A DNA stretch of 64,000 nt from Paraphysomonas bandaiensis (lineage: Eukaryota; Protista; Chrysophyceae): the NCBI GenBank assembly GCA_965644295.1, contig CBFFRP010000434.1, forward strand, positions 124,001 through 188,000. The letters are read 5' to 3'. Made by a program: the position numbers and the translations under genes. Shown in pieces: positions 12,301 through 22,184 of the stretch (within the stretch, counting starts at the first letter, position 1; every line of letters begins with the position of its first letter). Under the pieces are notes generated by a model, which worked only from the letters and a program-made list of their open reading frames with translations, made no database searches and had not been told where the DNA came from.

Positions 12301-15300
12301 GTCAGTAGGAAAATATTAACAAGGATAATCACTCATAGAATTCTTACCGTATGGGAGGAACAGAAAGTTTTGCATCCGTCCCAGCATGGTTATCGCTGGA
12401 GGAACGGGACGGACACAGCGATACTAAGGGTACTCGCGGCTGCAGGAAGAAGCAAGACGAAAAGGCGACCAGCATATATGTACACTCTGGGACTTCAAGA
12501 AGGCCTTCGACTCAATTGCGCCTAACCTCATGCGTCTCGCGTGGGCACGACTGGGCGTTCCGGACGATGTAGTTGACTGGTTTGGCAACTTAGATGCCGG
12601 CGGTCTAACATTTCCCTGGACACCATTCATGGCAAACAACATAGAGCCACGTTCTCTCCTTGACCTCCTGTCCGCAGACGGCCACTTCATTGCACTATTC
12701 AGTCTGGGTTTCGAAGCCGAAAGGGGTATCACCCAAGGGGGCACAGAATCCACATGCGCCTGGGTGGCACTCTACGACATCCTTCTCACGTGGCTGGACA
12801 TTGAACTGTCAACAACGAGTCCAACGTTACCAACTATTCAACTCACGACTCCGACTACCGGCGAAATAAAGATCTCCTTCGCGGATGATCTTAACACAAT
12901 AGCTAAATCCATACACGCTGCCCAACTCATTGCCCAACAAATATCTGCGTTCTGCGTACTTTCGGGAATGGAGCTCTCTATCCCCAAAGTAGTTTGCACA
13001 GTGTTTCCGATCCTACAAGATTCCAACAAGTCCTCCGACCCCATTGGCTACATCATTCTCTACGACTGGTCGTGGCGTCCACACCCAGTCCCTATCCAAA
13101 CATCACTAGAGTCGATACATTACCTCGGAGCAGACCTTCCTCTCACAATCACAGACAAGGCCTCCCATGATTGGTGTCTAAAATACCTGAAAGTCGTGAC
13201 CACACACCTAGGGATTAAACAGGCCTCAGCCGGCTGTAAAGTCATGGTTATCGAGACCCAAATCATACCGACTTTGCTCTATAGAGCCACCAAAGCTTCA
13301 TGGCCGCTACACTGGTACAGAGAAATTGACGCTGCTTGCGCAACCCTCTACAGAAAGGCCCTCAGTCTAGGCCCTGGATACCCCACGGAACTGATCTACC
13401 TCTCACTCAAGCACAACGGATTAGGTATGAAACGTTTCTCAGACTCGGCGCAGGAGCAAAAATGGGGATCTCTACAGCGCGCAATAACCCTCGGGGGAGA
13501 AGCAGGTCAAGCAGCACATTTTCTACTCACTCAGACAACAGAGCCACAGCCCCAATACCACCACTATGTTCTCAGCCTCAGGGAATGGGGAACGGAATTG
13601 GGCCTTACCCTTCAGCAACCTGAGCCCCCCGAACCACAGGATGAACACATGCTGACCAATCTAAAACAAGAACTCGGCCTTAATAGCGTCCAACCAGATA
13701 CTTTCAAGGCAATCTTCACAGATGGATCATACACAGCCAGTGCGCTCTCCACGCGTCGCCTCACTCATGTCAATCCGCGAACACGATGGACACACCGAGG
13801 AGGTGCAGCGGTCGTCTACTTACCCCCAGAAAATGCCTGGGAAGATGGTACAACCATAATACTACGACTAGATACACCCTTTCGTGATGTGCCAGGTTTG
13901 GACTCATACGCATATGAACTCATAGGCACAGCCATGGGGCTTATACTCTCAACACGCATTCCCGAACACATAAGAAGCCACACAGACTGTCAGGCAGTGT
14001 GCACCCGTACTGAGGAAGCACTCTCCACAAGACGCAGAGCTCTCGGTCACCGTGCAAAAGGGGTACTACTCGAAAGCATCGCGGCCAGTAGAGATTGCAA
14101 ACGACAGGTGACCTGGGTGAGGTCCCATCCCGAACGACGTACCACAGATGAAACGGAGTGGACGTTTGAGGACAAGGGCATCTATATTGCGGACGCAGTC
14201 GCGGGTGAAGACTGGCATGAAGTCGATCGCATCCTTGGAAAAAATAACTACACTGTCTGTACAATTGCGATTGACAGTGCCATTGAACGCTTACTAACCG
14301 CTGGATTATGGCACTGGCGTTTGCACAGTACAAGACGGCCATACTACTCTAGCCCACTCCTTACTGATTTCCAAGATCTCTGCGACCTAAGGACACTTGA
14401 GAACTACACTTCAACCAGAGATCAACGCTACGGAAACAATCCTGATCGAGCGCCTGGCTACTGGACCAATAGCGGAGTACACCTCCCGCGCAAACTAGCT
14501 CAAGCGGATGGCAGTGCATCCAAAGACAAACTCAGCTCAAATCTACGCCAAAGAATTCTCAACACGGCACTGACATGGGACAAATCTTTCTGCATAGGGA
14601 GGAACCGGGCCAAAACCAAACAGGGGCTTGACCTGACCAAAGCCGCATGCTCTGACTGCGGGTTTCGACTAGATTCCCTAAAACATATGTGCCTCGACTG
14701 CACACATGAATCCATCACCCAAATAAGGGAAACTGCATTTCAATCGCATAAAAATGTGCTACACGAAATACAGAGAACTCAGACCTTACCCAACTGGATC
14801 ACATCTGCACTACGGAGACTCTCCAGCAGAGCCTGGAATCCCTCCATCCCACAGGTCGAGAGATACTGGACTGGAACCATCACAGCAGCCCAACTGGAAA
14901 CGGTCTTCGGAGATGACATACACAACCACCTGACGGCTCACAGTCTACGGAACCTAGAAACAGTGGTTATTAATCTCCTGCAACCGCTTTACACTGCAGC
15001 GAAGCTTATGTTACAGGATCGCGGTTGTCGCTATATCACCATGTCCAAAAGGCCGCCCAGGCTACTCCCGAGACCCCGTCCGAAACGCAGTCAGTCAAGA
15101 CAACGTCCGAGAGTCCTTCGACTACTAGGGGTCCAACGAAGACCCCCCACAGCGTATCCGACTCCAGACACACGTGCACACCTCACAGGTCCTACCCGAC
15201 AGAGCACTGGACTGCCCAGACCTCCACAACGCCGACGGCTTCGACAACTCTATCTACACCCGCGGCCCCACAGGAGCACAGTAACACATACTACAAACCC

Positions 15301-15439
15301 AACTCCTCCTCCCAACAATCCCCACCACTCCCAACCCACACATCTGGAACTAGGTGCACTCAGGACCCTAATCCAGAACGCTGAACCCCCTCCAACACCA
15401 ATGGAGACCCATCCCAAAGGGAGACCCCCAGATCAATAG
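6357..15439 (+). CDS. LINE polyprotein (~3000 aa; frameshifts at ~11400 and ~12440)
   Basis: OTU-like IPSDGYC...WLSVREV...HY (8679-9167); SET GLSLYAK...EYKG...GYIN...EELLINYG..YW (9621-9983); APE TWNTNG, LQD, GDFN, SRIDHIL, DHRPV (10155-10975); RT APGPS, RPIGLL, QHGYR, DFKKAFDS, GITQG, FADD, YLG; RNase H FTDGS/E/TDCQ/WVRSH/AD (13712-14200); CSDC..HMCLDC (~14647-14700). True start codon uncertain. Confidence 0.9.
6945..7087 (+). repeat. 42-bp tandem repeat, ~3.4 copies, in the LINE 5' region
   Basis: Unit gttggacacatcaccatgtccatgtacctgtctacctgtact, frame-preserving (VGHITMSMYLSTCT). Confidence 0.9.
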
Positions 15440-15925
15440 CGCCGGTGAGTCCACGGACACACGACAAAGGCGAATTTCATATCACACAAAAAGAACGGAA
15501 GTGGTTGCACCTTGGTGCTTGCGGCGACGCACAAGCAGCTTTCGTAGCGTTAAATAGTAGGATAAAAGAGTTTGTATTGATTAGTTACGGGTAGTGGTCT
15601 AACTAGTATGACTAGCATTCTTCTAGCCACTAATTGCTGCAAGGTCTCAACGCCTATTGCTAAATAATCAGACATTCACTACTATGTCACTTCAAGACAA
15701 TGTACGAGAATACAGTGAAATATAGTGATGTACAAATGCTGTGATGATATTGAGAAACTGAAATAGTTTGATCGTTCAAGATATGTTCAGTAACGAGAGG
15801 TTCGCATATGTAGGATATTATGCAGGGATTATAATGAGTTAGTGTTGGTTATCACAACTTCGTGTAAACGATACTAATAAATCTATCTAGTCTTACGACA
15901 AATTCTCTCTGTGATCTAGTGTAAA

Positions 15926-18900
15926 ATGAGCATTTTTCAACATGGTAGCGAGCGAGGAGGAGAGAAGGAGGATAGAGGAGTAGTGCCACAGTTTAATGAG
16001 AGCAATGTTGAACAATGGATTGAGGACTTCGAAACATTCCTCATGAGGAAAGAGCAAAGTGAAGTAGCGGTGGAGCCACCACCGAAGGAAAGCGACTTTG
16101 GGGAACAGCCACTCACGTTAATGGAGGAGAAGTCTTACAGACAGGCTGTGAAGAAGTACTGGAAGGCGAATGCCATAGCGTATTCGTACTGCAGAGAGGC
16201 AGTGCAAACATCTTCGAAGGCGCTTCAGAAATTCCATCTTCTACATAAAGGGTTCAAGGCTGATGGAAAAGGAAGCAACAGGTTTAAGGCGCATATTATG
16301 ATTGATGAGTTGAAGAAGTGCTTTGCTGGAGGGAAGCAAAACAAGATCAGTGAGCTGTTGACTCAGTATGGCTCTTTCCGTATGCGTCCGGAGGAGACTG
16401 CGAAGGACTATATAATACGGTTTGAAATACTGCTGAAAGAGCTACAGGAGCAGCAGCAGGACATATCGGAGCTCTCAAAAATAACACGGTTACGAGAAGG
16501 TCTGTTGAATGAAGAATATGCTCCTCTGAATGTTGCTTTGTATTTGATGCCTGATGATGTTGATTATGCAACATTATCAAGGAAGATAGAACGGTATGAT
16601 GATACCATTCCTGGAAGGATTGCGTTAGAGCGGAAACGCAAGAAGGTGGAGGAGCTGAATTTCATTGAAAAGAGCAAACGGTCTCGAACGGAACGGGATA
16701 AGCGTAAGAAGGGCAACTGTAGATATTGCAGGAAAGAAGGAATTCCTCATAGCCATTCAACTGAACAGTGCAGGAGGAAGCAGAGGAAGAAGGATGGAGA
16801 GATATCAGGGCAGCGTCCTGGAAGTGCTGAATACACGGGATGCAGAAATTGCAAGTCTCTGGAACATCTTGCTGCTGATTGTCCAACGACGAAGAAAAAG
16901 CATTCTAGAAGAGGAGAGAAAGGGAAGAATCATGGTAGGAAGCCGGACAAAAGGCTGCTGACAGTAGAGAATATACGGCGTGGAGAACCAGCAGAATTCT
17001 CTGATGAAGATGAAGCAAATATGATCGAGGATGTTATGAAATTGTCATGCAATATACATGAAACGAATATATGTAGTGTAAATGATGACATGCATTATAC
17101 ATATATTGACACCTGCTGTTCATCATCAATGTTCTTGATGAATGATGTGACCATGCTTGACACTCATATGAATACATCAAAGGTGATAAACGGCTCTAAG
17201 AAGGGATCAGAGATTCATATCACAAGTGTGGGTTCCCGTGGAGCATGGAGAGACATAGAAATTTCAGATCAGATCAATCGATGCCTGTGCTCCGGACGTA
17301 AGCTGAACGAAATGGGCTATCGATTCACGGTGTGGTATGGGATCCAAATTTATGACTGTAATACTGGTGAACTGGTACTGGAGGGACCCATGAAGAATGG
17401 AATGACTGCAGTTCCAACTCAGCAGCTGTTGGAGCTTCCAGATGTGTCTACACCGAGTAATTGTGAAGTAAATCTTAGCGATAGGACTGGTGAGGACGAG
17501 CTGGAGTTGCTGCATCGGAGAGCGGGTCACTTCAACAAACATGCTTTAGTAGAGGCACATAAGAGGATGCTCATCATGGGTACAGGGTTGAAACGGAAAC
17601 ACCTCACAGCCAAGGTACACAAAAATCAGTGTTTGTGTGATGTGTGTGCCAGGTCTAAGATAACCCGAGTCAGCTTCCGAACGAAGGACGAGAATTCCGT
17701 TAGACCGAATTTTTCAGCAGATATCGCTGTGTACTTAAATTGTCCTGCTAGAGGAGGTGAGAGGTATGTGTTAAAGATAACGCATCATGCCAGCAAAATG
17801 TTCTGGGCGACGGGTTTAGTCCACAGAACTGGGGAAGCGATCTTAGAAGTCTTCAAAGAGCTATTTAGAGGAGATGTTAGAAGGTACAAGCTCAAGATGG
17901 AGCACTATCATGCAGATGGTGCAAGAGAGTTAATCAGTGAAGAGCTGCGTCAGTATCTTAGGACACAGGAGTGCTATCAACATACGTGGAGCTCAACAGA
18001 CTCTCCAGAAATGAATGCCATAGAGGAGAGGAAGTTCAGAACTGCTGGAGAGATGACTCTTGCAATGCTAATCCAATCTGGACTGCCACCGCAATTTTGG
18101 CTGGATGCATACATGGCAGCCAGATATATTTTGATTCGATTGCCAACGAAAACAGATAAAGGGTATATGTCTCCTATAGAGTTTCTAACGGGTGAGCCTC
18201 CAAATTTGAGATATCTTAGGGTATGGGGGTGTCGAACTTATGTTCTTTCACCGAAGGCGGATCGACGAAAGGATTGGGAGGATAAGGCTCTAGTTGGATA
18301 TTTAATGGGTTACTCTGATGAGAAGGTAGGATACCATGTATATCTTCCTGAATCAAACAAGGTGGTGACTACAGTCCATATATTGACTGATGAGTCAACG
18401 CCATCACGATCAGAGAAGTATTTCGCAGAGATTGATGCTCTTCGAGTGCGGGAGGCCGCTAGACCCAAGCTTGCATCCGACTATGTCAGCTTAGAAGGAA
18501 CGTATCATATTGATGATGAGGACGGACTTCTGTATAAGACAACAAGAGTTGTAGAACGTAAGGGTGTGATTGTAGCATACCGTTCACTTGTTACTGCAGG
18601 TCGCGAGCATATAGAGCACCGGGTGCCTATACACGTCGAAGACGTGGTGCGTATGACTGCAGAAACCCCCGGGAATACCGGGTACATAGGAAAGGGGGAC
18701 GCCCTGAGTACTACGCCAGCCAGGGAGCTGGACCAGGGAAGACCTGGAGGGTTCCAGGAGAGTCCTGACCCAACCTGTCAACAGACAGTCGTGAGGTTGC
18801 AGACCTTGACAGACCGTGGGTCTGGGGATGCGAGCGGGGCTCCTCCCACACAGCAAGATTTGCGGGCTCAGGATGAGCAAGGTATGGGTTCGTATATATC

Positions 18901-20683
18901 TACTAGACGACCTATTGAACTAGATGGTGATGGTCGTGTACGGCGGAAACGGCTACAGCGTAGGTTGGCGAACGCATCGGTGTTAGGAGAAATAAATATG
19001 GTTGAGGTGCCAGATGCATGCACTGTTAACTTTAAACATGCAGAGTTTCAACATGATGACTTTAAGATACCAGACTCCTATGCTGAAGCGGAGAGATCTC
19101 CACAGTACATGAAGTGGCGAGAAGCTCGGAAGGTGGAGAAGACCTCACTACTGAAGAGACGTGTCTTAAAGATTGTGCGGACTCCACGGGGAGTGAAGTT
19201 GGTGCGAGCAAAGTATGTTCACACGGTGAAGAGAGACCTTCTGGGGAATGTAGTCAAGTATAAGGCGCGGCTGGTTGCATTAGGAAATTTACAAGAAAAA
19301 ACGGAGGAGGAGCAGTCCACGTTTGCTCCAGTGGTCAAAGGAATAACCATTCGACTGGTGCTTGCAATTGCCTTTATGTTTCATATGCATGTACATCAGT
19401 TGGACGTATCATCAGCGTTTTGTTATGCCGATCTTGAGGAGAATGTGTATATGGCACCTCCACCTGATGAAGAGTTGCCAGCGGGGTGGTGTTTTCAATT
19501 GATCAAGGCCTTATATGGTTTGCGGTCATCACCAAGGCAGTGGAACAAGCATATTGACAAGTTTATCAAATCGTTACATTTTACTGCTTGCATTTTAGAT
19601 ACATGCTTGTATATGCGATGGAGTAATGGTCAATTGCACTTATTGCTGATATATGTTGATGATATTATCATTGCATCTGCTGATCTCACCTACTTAGAAA
19701 GTGTTAAACGTAGGTTCTGCGAAACGTTTGAAATGCACGATCTGGGTGTGTGCAAACGGTTTCTGAATATCAGAATCACGAGAGGAGAGGACTGGTACAT
19801 GTTAGATCAATCGGAATATGCCAAGAATATTGTAAAGAAATTCGATTCGTTTATGGGGAAGAGCAGTAAGAATAAGGAGACTCCACTACCTACCAATGTT
19901 CAGGATTTGTTGGCAGAGCAACGTGAGCTGACAGAGGAGCAGAAGCAGTGGGTCGAATCATTTCCGTATAGAGGAATTATTGGAGCGGTGTTGCATTTGG
20001 CGATTCACACTAGACCTGATCTGGCTTACGCTGTGGGGTTATTGGCTCGATTTAGTACTTCTCCAACATATGCGACTTGCAGATTAGCTATTCATTTGTT
20101 GAAATATTTACGTGGTACAGTTGATAAGGGAATCAGATTCAGTGGGAGTGAGTTTGATTTACATGTATTCAGTGATTCAGACTGGGCTGGTGATAGGATG
20201 ACTAGGCGGTCCACAACGGGATACATCGTGCTTTTATGTGCGGGCGCTTTGGCCTGGCAATCCAAGCTTCAGACCACAGTTGCGACTTCGAGCATGGAAT
20301 CTGAGTATATGGCGGAGTATGCGGCTTTGCAAGAACTGGTGTGGCTTCGGGGGGTGTTCAAGGAGCTCGGACTCTTGGTAGCGAAGCCGACTCCATTCTT
20401 TATGGATAGTAAGAGTGCAAAGGATCTTTCAGAGAATCCAGTGTATCATAAGAGGTCGAAGCATATTGACATCAAGTATCACTGGATAAGAGAACATGTT
20501 AATGGAAAATTTCCTACAGCAAAGTTGATTCATGTATCTACGGATGATATGGCGGCCGATATTTTTACAAAGGCGTTGTCCACGAAGATCTTCAGCCGTC
20601 ATGAGAAAACGATTACCGGGGTTAAGAGGAGTGTGTCTAACAGTGTGGAGGAGCAGCAGAAGAAACGACCCCGAAGAGGTTAA
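15926..20683 (+). CDS. Copia A Gag-Pol polyprotein (1585 aa, intact)
   Basis: Two CCHC knuckles, protease YIDTCCS, HHCC (LHRRAGH..CDVC), DDE integrase (HADGARE, AIEER), RT (YKARLVA, LDVSSAF, KALYGL, YVDD), RNase H (SDSDWAGD, DSKSA, RSKHIDIKYH, ADIFTK); copia domain order. Confidence 0.97.
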   Translation: MSIFQHGSERGGEKEDRGVVPQFNESNVEQWIEDFETFLMRKEQSEVAVEPPPKESDFGEQPLTLMEEKSYRQAVKKYWKANAIAYSYCREAVQTSSKALQKFHLLHKGFKADGKGSNRFKAHIMIDELKKCFAGGKQNKISELLTQYGSFRMRPEETAKDYIIRFEILLKELQEQQQDISELSKITRLREGLLNEEYAPLNVALYLMPDDVDYATLSRKIERYDDTIPGRIALERKRKKVEELNFIEKSKRSRTERDKRKKGNCRYCRKEGIPHSHSTEQCRRKQRKKDGEISGQRPGSAEYTGCRNCKSLEHLAADCPTTKKKHSRRGEKGKNHGRKPDKRLLTVENIRRGEPAEFSDEDEANMIEDVMKLSCNIHETNICSVNDDMHYTYIDTCCSSSMFLMNDVTMLDTHMNTSKVINGSKKGSEIHITSVGSRGAWRDIEISDQINRCLCSGRKLNEMGYRFTVWYGIQIYDCNTGELVLEGPMKNGMTAVPTQQLLELPDVSTPSNCEVNLSDRTGEDELELLHRRAGHFNKHALVEAHKRMLIMGTGLKRKHLTAKVHKNQCLCDVCARSKITRVSFRTKDENSVRPNFSADIAVYLNCPARGGERYVLKITHHASKMFWATGLVHRTGEAILEVFKELFRGDVRRYKLKMEHYHADGARELISEELRQYLRTQECYQHTWSSTDSPEMNAIEERKFRTAGEMTLAMLIQSGLPPQFWLDAYMAARYILIRLPTKTDKGYMSPIEFLTGEPPNLRYLRVWGCRTYVLSPKADRRKDWEDKALVGYLMGYSDEKVGYHVYLPESNKVVTTVHILTDESTPSRSEKYFAEIDALRVREAARPKLASDYVSLEGTYHIDDEDGLLYKTTRVVERKGVIVAYRSLVTAGREHIEHRVPIHVEDVVRMTAETPGNTGYIGKGDALSTTPARELDQGRPGGFQESPDPTCQQTVVRLQTLTDRGSGDASGAPPTQQDLRAQDEQGMGSYISTRRPIELDGDGRVRRKRLQRRLANASVLGEINMVEVPDACTVNFKHAEFQHDDFKIPDSYAEAERSPQYMKWREARKVEKTSLLKRRVLKIVRTPRGVKLVRAKYVHTVKRDLLGNVVKYKARLVALGNLQEKTEEEQSTFAPVVKGITIRLVLAIAFMFHMHVHQLDVSSAFCYADLEENVYMAPPPDEELPAGWCFQLIKALYGLRSSPRQWNKHIDKFIKSLHFTACILDTCLYMRWSNGQLHLLLIYVDDIIIASADLTYLESVKRRFCETFEMHDLGVCKRFLNIRITRGEDWYMLDQSEYAKNIVKKFDSFMGKSSKNKETPLPTNVQDLLAEQRELTEEQKQWVESFPYRGIIGAVLHLAIHTRPDLAYAVGLLARFSTSPTYATCRLAIHLLKYLRGTVDKGIRFSGSEFDLHVFSDSDWAGDRMTRRSTTGYIVLLCAGALAWQSKLQTTVATSSMESEYMAEYAALQELVWLRGVFKELGLLVAKPTPFFMDSKSAKDLSENPVYHKRSKHIDIKYHWIREHVNGKFPTAKLIHVSTDDMAADIFTKALSTKIFSRHEKTITGVKRSVSNSVEEQQKKRPRRG

Positions 20684-22184
20684 AGGTGTGTTTTAGTGGG
20701 TGAAAATCCCACATAACTGTATATCTAGTTGACTGCTAGATATATATGTATCTTTAAAAGATTTCACATCTGTTTTTACCTATGGGACTAGATAGTCATA
20801 GCATTATCAGATTATTGTGATCACTGTTGTTTTATCTCACTGCATTCTACATTGAGTGGGAGTATTAGAATATGGATCTTATTCTAGTATATTCAGTATG
20901 TCACTTCAAGACAATGTACGAGAATACAGTGAAATATAGTGATGTACAAATGCTTTGATGATATTGAGAAACTGAAATAGTTTGATCGTTCAAGATATGT
21001 TCAGTAACGAGAGGTTCGCATATGTAGGATATTATGCAGGGATTATAATGAGTTAGTGTTGGTTATCACAACTTCGTGTAAACGATACTAATAAATCTAT
21101 CTAGTCTTACGACAAATTCTCTCTGTGATCTAGTGTAAAATGAGCATTTCTCAACACTTGAAGCGTGTTGAAGCCTATCGCTAGGAGCTATCCTGTATTC
21201 TACGCAGCAATGAAATACAGAATATACAGGATACAGGACTACGCTATAGGAGTAACTATTAAAAGTATACAAAGAAACTGAAAATATAGTAGCTGTTAAA
21301 GAAACGATTTTAATAACAGAATGTTGGTGTTGGTGATTGACGTGGTTCCTCAATCACAGTGCTACAACATCATAATTTCACTATATCTCACTTAACGTAA
21401 TTCAGTCAATACTGTGCTACTACGAGTATAATTCAATAACACTACCGATTCCTCCTATTATTATGTAGCTTACAACTTTGTAAACTAAACTTAAAACCTT
21501 TTGTAAAAGCTATAAAATGTAGAATGGGTATAGGGAGCGTTCGGTGGGCCGAAAAAGTACCGAACGGGCAAAAGCGAAGTACGCTCATCTAGTAGAAAAA
21601 ATCCAGTGGGTTTTGTTTCGTGTTTCGACTCAAAACATTATCCGCTGTGTTTTCGAAATACAGTGCATACTTATTCAGTAAATGTTTTAAAACCTAGCAG
21701 ATGAATATCTGGTGCTAAAATGCTAAAATCCACTGGATGAACCGAATGGTGCCATGATAGTATGTAATAAGTAAAATAGCTATCAGAAATACCTGTTCTC
21801 GATTCTCAAGTACTATGTGACTGCAAGCGTTTTCGAGTCATTGGCTCTTATTTAAAATAAGTTATTATCGTGATCTCTTATAGGTCAAGGGATTAATCTA
21901 GAGATTGACAAACATAAGATTACAGATGTATGCACTGTCCGTTCGACAAAAACAACATAACAACTGATAGACTCTGTCGTCTTTACGGCAACAGTTACGG
22001 TTGAGCGGGTGCAGTGGAATATAAGTTACTTATTCGCAAACAAGTATACCCTAATCACATACACGCAAGAGTTCACTAATTATTTATTCGCAAGCAAGCT
22101 GGCGTGAAAAACGAATATAACAAAAACCGCAATAGCGAAATTGCAGCCAGAGAACTAGTCGTTAGAATTCTACTCCTCTCCCAG

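Larger units (their letters stand above)
6288..15682 (+). mobile_element. Non-LTR retrotransposon (LINE, family 1), 9.4 kb, encoding OTU-like + SET + APE + RT + RNase H + CCHC
   Basis: 15-bp TSD TATGTCACTTCAAGA (6273-6287, 15683-15697); strong C/A strand skew; no poly(A), ends ...taatcagacattcactac. Confidence 0.95.
6239..21156 (+). mobile_element. Ty1/copia LTR retrotransposon, family A; full length, 5' LTR interrupted by a LINE
   Basis: 294-bp LTRs (6239-6287 + 15698-15942; 20863-21156) with two visible mismatches; TSD CTTGA (6234-6238, 21157-21161); PBS TGGTAGCGAGCG at 15943; PPT GAGTGGGAG before 20863. Confidence 0.95.
6203..21438 (+). mobile_element. Solo LTR related to Copia family B, split by the Copia A insertion (pieces 6203-6238 and 21157-21438)
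   Basis: tgttgaactacaaccaactcttacgtgcgtacttga resumes after 21156 and aligns with the reverse complement of LTR 61292-61598; TSD ACACT at 6198-6202 and 21439-21443. Confidence 0.88.

Noticed and set aside
14700-15439. Restriction-like endonuclease after the CCHC knuckle (Dualen-type)
   Set aside because: No RH...PD-(D/E)xK pattern visible; the tail is low complexity.
15440-15570. Hammerhead, HDV or pistol ribozyme in the LINE tail (ccggtgagtcc..ggac; ggcgaa; gttaaatag)
   Set aside because: No CUGANGA/GAAA core, and I could not build the HDV or pistol pseudoknots; kept only as an unclassified structured RNA.
21500-21900. Possible DNA-transposon end (cgttcggt...accgaacg hairpin)
   Set aside because: No partner terminus, TSD or second copy found in the window.
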